This document shows positions 8,469 to 19,612 of a DNA stretch of 64,000 bases, one piece after another. Origin of the DNA: an uncultured Acidobacteriota bacterium. GTDB taxonomy: Bacteria > Acidobacteriota > Thermoanaerobaculia > Multivoradales > JAHEKO01. Each line of letters begins with the position of its first letter. Within the stretch, counting starts at the first letter, position 1. Below the pieces are notes generated by a model, which worked only from the letters and a program-made list of their open reading frames with translations, made no database searches and was not told the DNA's origin. Where the stretch lies: contig CAVQNG010000003.1 in NCBI GenBank assembly GCA_963713825.1, positions 1,696,001 to 1,760,000 on the forward strand. The letters are read 5' to 3'. Position numbers and translations under genes: made by a program.

Positions 8469-10850
8469 ATGATCGGGGAGACCCTCGCTCGCTACAAGAT
8501 TGTGGACCAGCTCGGGGTTGGTGGAATGGGAGTGGTCTATCTGGCCGAGGACACGGACCTCGACCGTAAGGTAGCGCTCAAGATGCTGCCGGCCGAGATG
8601 GCCGGGGACCCGGAGCGCTTGGAACGGTTTCGCCGTGAAGCGAAGGCCGTAGCCGCACTGAATCACCCCAACATCGTCACCATTTACAGCATCGAAGAGA
8701 GCGCTGGAACCCAGTTCCTCACCATGGAGCACGTCGATGGGGAGAGCCTGGATCAGATGCTGCCGCCCACAGGGATGCCGCTGTCGAAGGTGTTCGACAT
8801 TGCGGTACCCCTGGCCGACGCGTTGGCGACGGCCCATGAGCGAGGCATCGTCCACCGGGATCTCAAGCCGGCCAATATCATGGTGAACAAGGAAGGCCGC
8901 GTGAAGGTTTTGGACTTCGGGCTGGCCAAACTGACCCAGGACGACGCCCCTGAAGGAGCCGAAGGGGATCTGACTCAGATTCCGACCCGTATCGCCACCC
9001 TGACCGGCGAAGGGATGGTGATGGGCACAGCCCCGTACATGTCGCCCGAGCAAATCGAAGGTCGGGCTATGGACCACCGAACCGACATCTTCTCGCTCGG
9101 GGTCCTACTTTACGAACTGGCTACAGGACGCCGTCCCTTCGACAGCGACAATTCTGCCGGTTTGGTCTCGAGCATTTTGCGCGATACCCCGAGCTCGGTG
9201 ACGGACATCAATCCAGGGCTGCCGCGACACCTGGCACGAATCGTCCAGCACTGTCTGGAGAAGGATCCCGAGGCGCGCTACCAATCAGCCAAGGATGTGA
9301 GGAACGAGCTCAAGAGCCTGCGCCGTGAGGTCGATTCGGGTACGGTCACGACAGGCAGCGGTATCTCGCCAGCCGAGCCGCCGCTGGGTGAGCTGCGGAA
9401 GAAGTCGGGCTTGGGACTTTGGATCGGACTTGCAGCTGCCGCGGTATTGATCCTGCTGATCGGCTGGTGGGTGGGGCGTGGTGGCGGAACCGACGAAGCG
9501 ACGTCGGGTGATGTAGCTGACCGGGCCGCCCCAGTACCGGTGGCAGCACAGTCGGAGGTGCCTTCGGTGGCGATTCTGCCGTTCAAGAACCTGAGCGCAG
9601 ACCCCGACAACGAGTACTTCGCTGACGGTCTCACTGAAGAGTTGATTGGTGCGCTCGCCAAGGTCGATGGCCTGCGCATACCAGCCCGCAGCTCGGTATT
9701 TGCCCTCAAAGGGAGCACCCTCAGCGTGCAGGAGATCGGCGAGCGTTTAGGTGTCGACAACGTTCTGGAGGGCGGCGTTCGCAAGGCTGGCAATCAATTG
9801 CGCATCAGCGCCCAACTGATCAAGGTGGCGGACGGTTTCAACCTCTGGTCCGAGACCTACGACCGGGAGCTCGAGGACGTCTTCCTGATTCAGGATGAGA
9901 TTGCCACCAGCATCGGGGAAGCCTTGCAGCTGACGCTGGCGCCGGGGGGCGATAGGCTCGTACAGGCCGGGCGTAGCACCGACATTCGCGGCTACGACTT
10001 CTATCTTCGAGGACGGGGCTACTTTCGCCGCCGCACCCGTGATGACATCGAGTCGGCGCGCCAGATGTTCATCAAGGCCATCGAGATCGACCCGGAGTAC
10101 GCACCGGCCTATGCCGGCCTGGCCGACACCTACACGGAGTTCTGGCGCAACTACGAGAGTACCGATGAGAACCTGCAGCAGGCGGACCAGGCAAGCCTCA
10201 AGGCGGTTGAGATGGATCCCGACCTGGCAGAGGCACGCGCCGCCAGAGGGTACGCCCTGGGGCAGCAAAGGAAGTACGACGAGGCCAGGCAGGAGTTCGA
10301 GACGGCAATCAGTCTGAACCCCAAGCTCTTCGAGGCCTACTACTACTACGGCACTGTCGCATTTGCCCAGGGAGAGCTCAAGCGGGCCGGCGAGATGTTC
10401 GAGATGGCAACGGAGGTGGCGCCGGACGACATCAGGGCTCTGCAGCTCTTGCCTCAGATCTACCGCAGTCTTGGCAGGGAAGACGAAGTTCGAGAGGCTA
10501 GCGAGCGCCGGCTGGCACTCGCTGAGAGGCTGCTGGAGCTCGATCCGGACGACGTCCAGACACTCCTCTATGGGGCCAATGCACTGGCCACGCTCGGGGA
10601 GCGGGAGCGCAGCTTGGAATGGGCGGCACGGGTACTGGAAGTCGACACCGATGACGCTCTGGTGCTGTACAACATTGCCTGTTTCTACTCACTTGCCGGG
10701 GAAGTCAAGCCGGCGCTCGAAGCGCTCGAGCGATCCTACGAGGCCGGTCTGGCGGATCCGGAGTGGATGGAGCAGGACAGCGATCTCGACAACCTGCGCG
10801 AAGAGGCCCGCTACCAGGCCTTGGTCGAGCGCATGGAAGCCCACGGATAG
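8469..10850 (+). CDS. Hanks-type Ser/Thr kinase with TM, TolB-like N domain and TPR repeats
   Basis: LGVGGMGVVY, VALK, HRDLKPAN, DFG, GTAPYMSPEQ; SVAILPF.NLS..DNEYFADG; TPRs. Confidence 0.92.
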   Translation: MIGETLARYKIVDQLGVGGMGVVYLAEDTDLDRKVALKMLPAEMAGDPERLERFRREAKAVAALNHPNIVTIYSIEESAGTQFLTMEHVDGESLDQMLPPTGMPLSKVFDIAVPLADALATAHERGIVHRDLKPANIMVNKEGRVKVLDFGLAKLTQDDAPEGAEGDLTQIPTRIATLTGEGMVMGTAPYMSPEQIEGRAMDHRTDIFSLGVLLYELATGRRPFDSDNSAGLVSSILRDTPSSVTDINPGLPRHLARIVQHCLEKDPEARYQSAKDVRNELKSLRREVDSGTVTTGSGISPAEPPLGELRKKSGLGLWIGLAAAAVLILLIGWWVGRGGGTDEATSGDVADRAAPVPVAAQSEVPSVAILPFKNLSADPDNEYFADGLTEELIGALAKVDGLRIPARSSVFALKGSTLSVQEIGERLGVDNVLEGGVRKAGNQLRISAQLIKVADGFNLWSETYDRELEDVFLIQDEIATSIGEALQLTLAPGGDRLVQAGRSTDIRGYDFYLRGRGYFRRRTRDDIESARQMFIKAIEIDPEYAPAYAGLADTYTEFWRNYESTDENLQQADQASLKAVEMDPDLAEARAARGYALGQQRKYDEARQEFETAISLNPKLFEAYYYYGTVAFAQGELKRAGEMFEMATEVAPDDIRALQLLPQIYRSLGREDEVREASERRLALAERLLELDPDDVQTLLYGANALATLGERERSLEWAARVLEVDTDDALVLYNIACFYSLAGEVKPALEALERSYEAGLADPEWMEQDSDLDNLREEARYQALVERMEAHG

Positions 10851-10917
10851 CTCCCCTCCTGATCGCCCGACCTGGGACTCGGGACCTGGATCTTGGGCAG
10901 TTGAACCCTCTTCTCGT

Positions 10918-11082
10918 AGAGGCCCGTCCGGGTGGTCCGCAGGCGGACGGCGTCAGCTACTCAGACTGCAGTGGGGGGCCGCCACCTCGTCTCGTCTTCG
11001 CGCCCCATCTCCTGTGCTCTATCAAGGACCTTGCGCTGCGCTCGACTCGGCGCCCCCTGTCGAACCACCCGAACGAGCCTCT
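10918..11082 (-). mobile_element. Repeat family A copy 2
   Basis: Reverse-complement match to 5135-5297; ends AGAGGCCCGTCCGGGTGGTCCG and CGAACCACCCGAACGAGCCTCT. Confidence 0.8.
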
Positions 11083-11114
11083 TTTCACCGGTAGAGCCAG
11101 ACGATCACCCTTCG

Positions 11115-11144
11115 TGTAGGGGAGAGGCTTGCCCCCTCCCGCGG
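11115..11144 (+). repeat. GTAG-type REP-like palindrome
   Basis: TGTAGGGGAGAGGCTTGCCCCCTCCCGCGG; one mismatch to 12738-12767. Confidence 0.75.
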
Positions 11145-11210
11145 CGTTACCAGTCCTCTCAACGACAAAGCTCATCGTACTTCTCGGAGATCTTGGGCCA
11201 CAGTAACTAC

Positions 11211-11245
11211 ACTTGACAAAGTACTTAATATTGTAAAGTATAAGC
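11211..11245 (+). promoter_or_regulatory. AT-rich promoter/operator region of the radical SAM gene
   Basis: TTGACA at 11213-11218 followed by AAGTACTTAATATTGTAAAGTATAAG just upstream of ATG 11250; -10 spacing is not canonical. Confidence 0.5.
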
Positions 11246-11249
11246 CTCC

Positions 11250-12887
11250 ATGACGAGATTCCTGCCGAGTTGGATGCACGAACCTCCGGAGCTGGAGCAC
11301 GAGGCCTTTGGACCCGTCGAGCACCGACAAGCTCTCCTGGTCAACCCTTTCTACGCCAAGGACCCTTGCGGCAGTTTCGGCAAGCACGTTCTGACCCCTA
11401 GCCTGGCGCTGACCAGCATCGCTGCCGCGACGCCGCCCCATTGGCGGGTGACCTACTGGGACGAGAACCTGTTGCAGGGCCCGCCACCTGGTCGTCCGAT
11501 TCCGCAGCTCGTCGGAATCACCGTCCATTTGACCTTTGCCGATCGCGCCTATCAAATTGCTCGCTACTATCGCGATCGAGGCTCGAAGGTGGTGCTGGGG
11601 GGGCTGCACATCCAGAGCTGCTCAGAGGAGGCCCTGGCTCATGCTGATGCGGTTGCGATCGGAGAAGGGGTTCAGCTTTGGCCTCGAATCGTCGCAGACC
11701 TGGAGCGCGGAGAGCTGAAGAAGGTCTATGAGGGCAGCTATCAGTCGCCCTACCAGTCCGATCCGCCGCCGCGTCGCGACCTCATACCACGACGGTCTTT
11801 TCTAACTACCGGCAGCCTGATTGCCACTCGTGGATGCCACAACCGGTGCGGGTTCTGTTATCTCGCGACGGCAGGAACGCATATGCCGTATCAGTTGCGA
11901 AACGTCGAGGACATTGTCGCGGAGATCCAGGCTTGTGGCGAACCGTATGTGGTTTTTGTCGACAACAACCTCGGCTCGCGACGAGACTATCTGCTGCGTC
12001 TATGTGAGGCTATTCGACCGCTCGAGATCATTTGGAGTGCCGCCGTCACGATTGATGTCACTGATGATCCCGCCCTGATCCAGGCCATGGCCCTGGCTGG
12101 TTGCACAGGCGTCTTCGTGGGCTTCGAATCGCTGGGGATGGAGAATCTGACCGCTGCCCGAAAACGGACCCCAGACCCGAGGGACTATGGCCGTCGAGTT
12201 CGGATCTTGCACGATTCTGGGATCCAGGTGAACGGCAGCTTCGTTTTCGGATTCGATGGCGATGGCCCGCGGGTGTTCGACAGCACCCTCCGGTGGATCG
12301 AAGAGAACCGGCTCGAGTGCGCCACCTTTCATATCCTCACCCCTTACCCGGGTACTCCGCTGTTCCGAAGGCTCGAGGCTGAGGGCCGCCTTTTGCATCG
12401 GGACTGGAATCTCTACGACACGGCGCATGTGGTCTTCCGACCTCAGGGAATGAGTGTCGATCAGCTACAAGAGGGCTACGACACCTGCTATCGACAACTG
12501 TTCTCGCATCGGTCGATTTGGCTGCGGCGACCGGACGACTGGCGGGCCACCCCGTCCTACCTGGCGGGTAGCTACCTCTACAAGCGCAGCAATCGCTTGT
12601 GGAGCTTTCTGATCCGCAGGCGGCTCGTTCACCAGGCGTGGCAGCCTCTCATCGAGCTGTCCCGCCGGCGCCATCTGCGATTTCGACGGCGACTGATGTC
12701 GGAGGCGGTTCCCCTACGTCCTGTGGGCCCGCCCGAATGTAGGGGAGGGGCTTGCCCCCTCCCGCGGGAGCCCGCAAGGGACTCCCATACATTGCCGACG
12801 CCGTCCCCTTGCGAACCACTGGGACAGACCTTCACAGGTTTGTCGAGCTTTGGTCGAGCGACGACTACGAATGGTGGTAGCCGCTGA
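11250..12887 (+). CDS. B12-binding-domain radical SAM protein
   Basis: RGCHNRCGFC (CxxxCxxC); VVLGGLH cobalamin-type domain; GFES; LTPYPGTPL; last ~50 aa derive from repeats. Confidence 0.88.
   Translation: MTRFLPSWMHEPPELEHEAFGPVEHRQALLVNPFYAKDPCGSFGKHVLTPSLALTSIAAATPPHWRVTYWDENLLQGPPPGRPIPQLVGITVHLTFADRAYQIARYYRDRGSKVVLGGLHIQSCSEEALAHADAVAIGEGVQLWPRIVADLERGELKKVYEGSYQSPYQSDPPPRRDLIPRRSFLTTGSLIATRGCHNRCGFCYLATAGTHMPYQLRNVEDIVAEIQACGEPYVVFVDNNLGSRRDYLLRLCEAIRPLEIIWSAAVTIDVTDDPALIQAMALAGCTGVFVGFESLGMENLTAARKRTPDPRDYGRRVRILHDSGIQVNGSFVFGFDGDGPRVFDSTLRWIEENRLECATFHILTPYPGTPLFRRLEAEGRLLHRDWNLYDTAHVVFRPQGMSVDQLQEGYDTCYRQLFSHRSIWLRRPDDWRATPSYLAGSYLYKRSNRLWSFLIRRRLVHQAWQPLIELSRRRHLRFRRRLMSEAVPLRPVGPPECRGGACPLPREPARDSHTLPTPSPCEPLGQTFTGLSSFGRATTTNGGSR
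12738..12791. repeat. Inverted REP doublet inside the 3' end of the radical SAM ORF
   Basis: TGTAGGGGAGGGGCTTGCCCCCTCCC followed by the inverted partner GGGAGCCCGCAAGGGACTCCCATACA. Confidence 0.7.
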
Positions 12888-13281
12888 GCAGGTAGTCGAT
12901 GCCAATGCCCATCATCTTCTCCCAGGCTTCTTCGACCTCGGTGCTGAACGCGGGATCGCACCGCTTGACCGATTCCAGCAGGCTGTCGAGCCACAGGTCG
13001 TAGAGCTCGGCCCCGACATCGAGGTCCTTGGCGCTGTGCCGTGCCGCCAGGTGGCCGAGGTATCTCTCGGGGCCATCCACAGGATCTTCCGAGGCCAGGA
13101 GGATGAGGTAGAAGGAGGCCCTCAGCAGTCGCTTTTGACGATGGAAGTCGGTGTTGGCGAAGCGCTCCTTGATCTTCGGTGACGAGTCCAGGAAGCGTTC
13201 GTAGAAGATGTCCAAGAACGCCGGGTTGCTGTCACACCGGCGCAGGCTCTGCTCGAAGATCTGGATCGTCTTTTCGTCCAC
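12865..13281 (-). CDS. Single-domain globin
   Basis: F.DIFYERFL..SP.I...FANTDF.RQK; HLAARH proximal His region; LYDLWLDSLL..V. Confidence 0.85.
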   Translation of the reverse strand: MDEKTIQIFEQSLRRCDSNPAFLDIFYERFLDSSPKIKERFANTDFHRQKRLLRASFYLILLASEDPVDGPERYLGHLAARHSAKDLDVGAELYDLWLDSLLESVKRCDPAFSTEVEEAWEKMMGIGIDYLLSGYHHS

Positions 13282-13327
13282 CGATTCCTCCTGCCCTAGT
13301 TTCGACTGGGGCTATTGTAGGCCAAAT

Positions 13328-14842
13328 CTAGGGAGGCGGCGTCGGTGCGTCGACCCAGCGCTCCAAATCGATCTGTTCCGCAGTGCGTCGGATTCCGTTG
13401 ATCATGCTGCGGAAGATGAAGCCGTGGAAGGGCAGGACGGAATACCAATAGAGGATTCCCAGCAGGCCCTTTGGCTTGAAGCGAGCGATCTGTTGGAGTT
13501 GGGACCGTCCCACGAGCCCAGGGACCGGTTCGATCCGAAACTCCAATAGAGCCTCTCCAGGGACCACCATTTCGGCTCGAAGGCTGAGCCAGCGGTCTCT
13601 TTCGAGGCCTGCGACGCGCCAGAAGTCGAGGGCGTCTCCATGACGGATCTCCTCTGCATGGCGCCGCCCTCTACGCAGTCCGGGCCCGCCGAGCAGGCGG
13701 TCGATACCGCCCCGTATCCGCCAGAGGATCTGCGAGGAGTACCAGCCGTTGCTACCACCGATACGGCAAATGGCGCGGAATACCTCCGAGGCCGTAGCGG
13801 CAACCTGAGTCTCTTCCTTGTGCACATAGGTCGTGCCACCGGCCCAGTCCGGATCACCGGGAATGGCACCCGCATCGGTCCAGGAGGTTTCGACGTCGCC
13901 GCGCTCGACGTTGCCCAGTGCCTCGTCGATGGCTTCTCGCACACTGAGGAGCTCCTGCGGCATGAGTTGTCGAGCTGTGTTGTTGCGGCACACGACACGG
14001 TTGCGGAGGCCTTCGGCCAGGGGTCGGGCGATGTGTCGACTCAACGGTGTTACGAGCTGGATCCAGAGAGAGCTCAGCCGCGGCGTCAGGACCAGCACTG
14101 GAATGACGAAGCGGTGCCGCAGACCCAAAGCCTCGGCCATGATTCTCATCATGTCGCGGTACGAGAGTATGTCGGGCCCGCCGATGTCGAGAGTTTGGCC
14201 GATGGTCTCCTCCATGACCAGCGCGTCGAGGAGGTATTCGATGACATTGCGCACCGCGATGGGCTGGCATTCCGTCTGCACCCACCGAGGTGTCACCATG
14301 ACGGGCAGTCTCTCGACCAGGTAGCGCAGAATCTCGAACGAGGCGGACCCCGCCCCGATGATCATGGCCGCCCTCAAAACAGTGACGGGAACGGGTCCAG
14401 AAGCTAACAGCTCTTCCGTTTCCCGCCGTGAGGAGAGGTGTTCGCTCAGGCCCTCACCGGTCTCGCCGAGGCCGCCAAGGTAGAGGATGCGTTCGCATCC
14501 CGCGTTGGCTGCTGCGGTGGAGAAGGCTCTGGCCAGCTCGGCGTCTTTCGAGGCGTAGGCGGGCCCCGCCGCCAGCATGGAGTGCACCAGGTAGTACGCC
14601 GCGCTGCAACCCTGCATCTGCTCGGTTAGGAGCGCGGTGTCGCTGACATCTCCGGCAACGATCTCGACCGTCGGCTCAGTAGCCCAGCTTCTCGATTCGA
14701 GCTTCTTCGGGCTTCTCGCCAGGCATCGGACTCGATAGCCCCGTTCCAGCAGACGTGGAACCAGTCTCCCCCCGATGTAGCCGGAGGCGCCGGTTACGAA
14801 GATCGCCGGTGCGGTACTGCCGGCTGGAATTGAGTTTCCCAT
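13328..14842 (-). CDS. Atypical SDR/NAD(P)-binding protein with C-terminal DUF2867 (YbjT-like)
   Basis: VTGASGYIGGRL, YYLVHSM, LSEHLSSR, GSASFE; C-terminal DFWRV...LRAEM..PGEA.LEF. Confidence 0.88.
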   Translation of the reverse strand: MGNSIPAGSTAPAIFVTGASGYIGGRLVPRLLERGYRVRCLARSPKKLESRSWATEPTVEIVAGDVSDTALLTEQMQGCSAAYYLVHSMLAAGPAYASKDAELARAFSTAAANAGCERILYLGGLGETGEGLSEHLSSRRETEELLASGPVPVTVLRAAMIIGAGSASFEILRYLVERLPVMVTPRWVQTECQPIAVRNVIEYLLDALVMEETIGQTLDIGGPDILSYRDMMRIMAEALGLRHRFVIPVLVLTPRLSSLWIQLVTPLSRHIARPLAEGLRNRVVCRNNTARQLMPQELLSVREAIDEALGNVERGDVETSWTDAGAIPGDPDWAGGTTYVHKEETQVAATASEVFRAICRIGGSNGWYSSQILWRIRGGIDRLLGGPGLRRGRRHAEEIRHGDALDFWRVAGLERDRWLSLRAEMVVPGEALLEFRIEPVPGLVGRSQLQQIARFKPKGLLGILYWYSVLPFHGFIFRSMINGIRRTAEQIDLERWVDAPTPPP

Positions 14843-14861
14843 GTTTGGGCAGGGCCGGAGC

Positions 14862-15875
14862 TCAGCGCCCTAGAATTCTTCGACGCTTTCTGGACAGCGC
14901 ATAGAGACGCCGCGGCTCGTCGAATCCCTTGACCTCGCGCTCTCCGAGGTCATGGAATTTGAAGTCCTTGGAGGCCATCTTCTGCGTCGACTCGCAAGCG
15001 ATGATCGAACCAGTCTTCTCGTTGGCGAATTTCTCGATGCGGAAGGCGAGTACCACGGGCTCACCGATCATGGAGAGCCCCATCGCGCCGGTCTCGCCGT
15101 GGCCGGACATCACCACGGTGCCGGTGGCAAGAGCCCAGTCCACATGCAGTGGGAAGCTGTCGATCTGCCAGAGGCCAGGAACCTCGGCCAGTTCCTTGGC
15201 GAGTCGGTCGAGCTTCAGGGCCGCCTCGCAGGCGCTGGCGGCGTGATTCTCCGAGGTCTCCTCCTCCCAGAAAGCGAAGACCGCATCTCCCTGGAATTCT
15301 TTGATCGTGCCTCCGAGAGAGATGATCTCTTTCTCGAGACGCTCGAAGAGTCGGCTCACCGACTCCTGAAGGGCTGAAGTGGTGGCCTGCTGCACCAGTA
15401 CCGTGTAGTCGCGGATGTCCCCGACGAGCACCGTGAGTCTCTTCACCTCTTCCACCTTCATTGTGAGCTTGGAGAACTCGGATGTCGGGACTTCGGTGTC
15501 GCTGGGTTGGTCTCCTTCGAGACGAAACGTCAATTGCCTACCGATGGACAGGGTCTGGCCGACATGAATCTCGGTCTGGAGATTGGGAGACAGTCGCCGA
15601 CCGTCCATCCGAGTTCCGTTGCGGCTCACATCCCGGGCGTGGCAACGGCCGTCCGGATCCTGGGTCAGGATGCAATGCCGCGAGGAGACCGTCGGGTCGA
15701 TGAGCAGCAGGTGGCCGGCGGCCTCGCGGCCCGGACGGTAGCGCCCAATCTCGATTCGATCGAAGAAAGGGTAGCTCGCACCGTCATCGAGACCACCCAC
15801 CTGCACCAACCGTTTGGCAGGGTGCTGGGTGGGTGCCGGTTCGATGTAGCTTTCTACTTTGATTGCCTCACTCAC
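14862..15875 (-). CDS. FHA domain + class III nucleotidyl cyclase
   Basis: IGR..VSSRHC..SRNGT FHA; GDIRDYT, IKEFQGDAV, GEPVVLAFRIE, VKGF cyclase motifs. Confidence 0.85.
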   Translation of the reverse strand: MSEAIKVESYIEPAPTQHPAKRLVQVGGLDDGASYPFFDRIEIGRYRPGREAAGHLLLIDPTVSSRHCILTQDPDGRCHARDVSRNGTRMDGRRLSPNLQTEIHVGQTLSIGRQLTFRLEGDQPSDTEVPTSEFSKLTMKVEEVKRLTVLVGDIRDYTVLVQQATTSALQESVSRLFERLEKEIISLGGTIKEFQGDAVFAFWEEETSENHAASACEAALKLDRLAKELAEVPGLWQIDSFPLHVDWALATGTVVMSGHGETGAMGLSMIGEPVVLAFRIEKFANEKTGSIIACESTQKMASKDFKFHDLGEREVKGFDEPRRLYALSRKRRRILGR

Positions 15876-15900
15876 CGCCGACTCTCTGTTCCGTTCGGGC

Positions 15901-16281
15901 CTAGCCCCTTAATCGAGCCACTTCGTCACCGAGCTCGCGGACTCGCTGCGACATGGTTTGGACGATTTTAAAGGCAAGTGAGGGATCTACGTGAATTCTC
16001 TTGAGAAAGTTCTTCTTATCTATGGTCAGGACCTTGACCTCACCCTGGGCCCTGAGGGTTGCGGAGCGCACCTCGTGGTCGAAGATTGCCATCTCACCCA
16101 GGAACTCGCCCTCCTCGGCGACTCTCAAGAGGGTCTCGTGGCCGTCTCTCTCGACTAGGATGTCCACCTTCCCCTTCTGGATGACGTACATGACCTTTCC
16201 TACGTCGCCCTGTCGGGTGATGATCTCGCCGTCTTGGTAGACCTTGCCGAGGGCTCCCTTTTCGATCGACTGCTTTCTCAT
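15901..16281 (-). CDS. Stand-alone cyclic-nucleotide-binding protein
   Basis: GEIITRQGD.G..MYVI..G.V; GEFLGEMA...RSAT phosphate-binding cassette; no HTH. Confidence 0.9.
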   Translation of the reverse strand: MRKQSIEKGALGKVYQDGEIITRQGDVGKVMYVIQKGKVDILVERDGHETLLRVAEEGEFLGEMAIFDHEVRSATLRAQGEVKVLTIDKKNFLKRIHVDPSLAFKIVQTMSQRVRELGDEVARLRG

Positions 16282-17657
16282 GGATGGCTCCTTTTGCCGG
16301 GGACTACCGCAGCCAACAGCTCCCAGGACAGTCGGCCCAGCAACCTGGGATGGATGGCTCGTGTGAAGATCTCCAAGTACGCTGCGCTACCCGTGAACAT
16401 GTCCCACAGGACCTGACTGATGTCCTTGTGACGCCCTGGGATGCTCTGCTCCTTCTGGGTCATTCTGAGCATCGCCCGACGTGCGAAGGGCATCATTTGA
16501 ATCAGCTTGGTGCCGCTGAAGGTCACCTTCCCGATGGCGTTGTCGCGCAGGATGGTCTTGAGAATGGGTGCATAGTGGCGCCGAAAAGCCTCCTCTGAGA
16601 TGCCCTCGAACACGGCTGTTGTAGCACAGGCCTTGGCCGTCTTGTAGGCCGCACCGATGCCATCTTTGTAGAGGCGCGTGACGCCGCAGTCGCCGACGAA
16701 GACGATGCGATCTCCGTAGGGCTGGAGCGCTCCCTTGACAGCGATCTTTGGTGAGCATTGGCAAGAGCGGGGCTCGGGGACCCAGTCGTCGGGCATGCAA
16801 TCTCGGACCTCGTCCGAGTTGAGAAAGGCGTCGATGAGTTCCTTGTCGATGGCGTCTCCCAGGAGGCAGACGCTGACGTAATCGCCCTTCGGGATGATGG
16901 CGGCGAACTCCAGCCGCGGGATGTTGAGGAGAAAGACGTGCATGGAATCGCCCAGCGTCTCTGCGATGACCTCTTCTCCAAAGAAGTACTCCCTGATGAA
17001 GGTCTTGGTTGTCTGGGGAGGTTCGTAGCCGAAATCGAGCTCCTTGAAGAGCTTGAGCGCAGGGGAGTTCACCCCAACGGCAGCCACCAGGAGGTCGTAG
17101 CTCTGGGGCTCACCACCCTTCACGGCGAGGCAGGGGCGACCGTTGTCGATGGAGATCTCGGTCACCCGGCCCCGTGTGACATGGGCGCCTCTAGCAACGG
17201 CTAGCTCCTCGAGATGATGATCGAAGCTGCCCCACTTGCGGACCTGAATGTCGCGAGGCCCAGCGCCCCGATAGACGGCCGCGATGCGCTTCTCCTCAAT
17301 CGGAGTCTCGATGCGGACCGTTCCGACATCCATGTGCAGGACGTAGGACTCGATGCCCCTCTGCACTACGGTGTCCGGCAGGTTGATGCCCTCTGCAGCG
17401 AGGTTCTGAACCAGGGTTTCGGAAATGATGCCGCCGCACATGTTGCAGCCGCCCGGTGCGACGCAGGAGAAGTCTCTGGGCTCGTAGATTTCGACGTCGA
17501 TCTCGAGGTCGGCACGGTCGGCCATTTCGAGCAGGAAGTAGCTCGCAAACGAGCCCGCGGGTCCGCCTCCAATGACAGCGACTCGGGAACCGTCGACCAG
17601 CTCCAGACAGTCCTGACTGGGTTGGGCCTGACTGGATTGGGGATGCGAGTCTGCCAT
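16278..17657 (-). CDS. FAD-dependent oxidoreductase (geranylgeranyl-reductase-like)
   Basis: VIGGGPAG, CNMCGG, VFVGD...KDGIGAAY; start reassigned to ATG 17657 after AAGGAG; its stop overlaps the next start (ATGA). Confidence 0.82.
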   Translation of the reverse strand: MADSHPQSSQAQPSQDCLELVDGSRVAVIGGGPAGSFASYFLLEMADRADLEIDVEIYEPRDFSCVAPGGCNMCGGIISETLVQNLAAEGINLPDTVVQRGIESYVLHMDVGTVRIETPIEEKRIAAVYRGAGPRDIQVRKWGSFDHHLEELAVARGAHVTRGRVTEISIDNGRPCLAVKGGEPQSYDLLVAAVGVNSPALKLFKELDFGYEPPQTTKTFIREYFFGEEVIAETLGDSMHVFLLNIPRLEFAAIIPKGDYVSVCLLGDAIDKELIDAFLNSDEVRDCMPDDWVPEPRSCQCSPKIAVKGALQPYGDRIVFVGDCGVTRLYKDGIGAAYKTAKACATTAVFEGISEEAFRRHYAPILKTILRDNAIGKVTFSGTKLIQMMPFARRAMLRMTQKEQSIPGRHKDISQVLWDMFTGSAAYLEIFTRAIHPRLLGRLSWELLAAVVPGKRSHP

Positions 17658-17987
17658 CGGCACTCCTTTCGTCTGCCGAGCACAGTTCCTCTGTGTTCGA
17701 CCAGCGCGTATTGAGCTCACGGATGACGCGGAGCTTCGGCGCCGGCCCCCGAGGCCGGGGCCGCTCTGTCTTCCGTGTTCAGGACTCGTCCACCTGCCCA
17801 GCAAAGTATTTGGTTGTGGAAGACCGCGCCACCCCAATTCGGGTGGTGGGCTGCGCTATCCGTTGGGGTGGGCCGATCGACGCATAGCCAAATGTCGATA
17901 GGGTCGCGGGTAGATTGGATTGACTGCCGAGCGTGTCTGTGCGAGCGTTTCAAGTTGGACTGCGTTGGATCCAATCCGGGAGGCCGC

Positions 17988-19586
<1,599 letters not shown>

Positions 19587-19612
19587 TGGCCCGGACTTGG
19601 GTAGGCTCCTTC

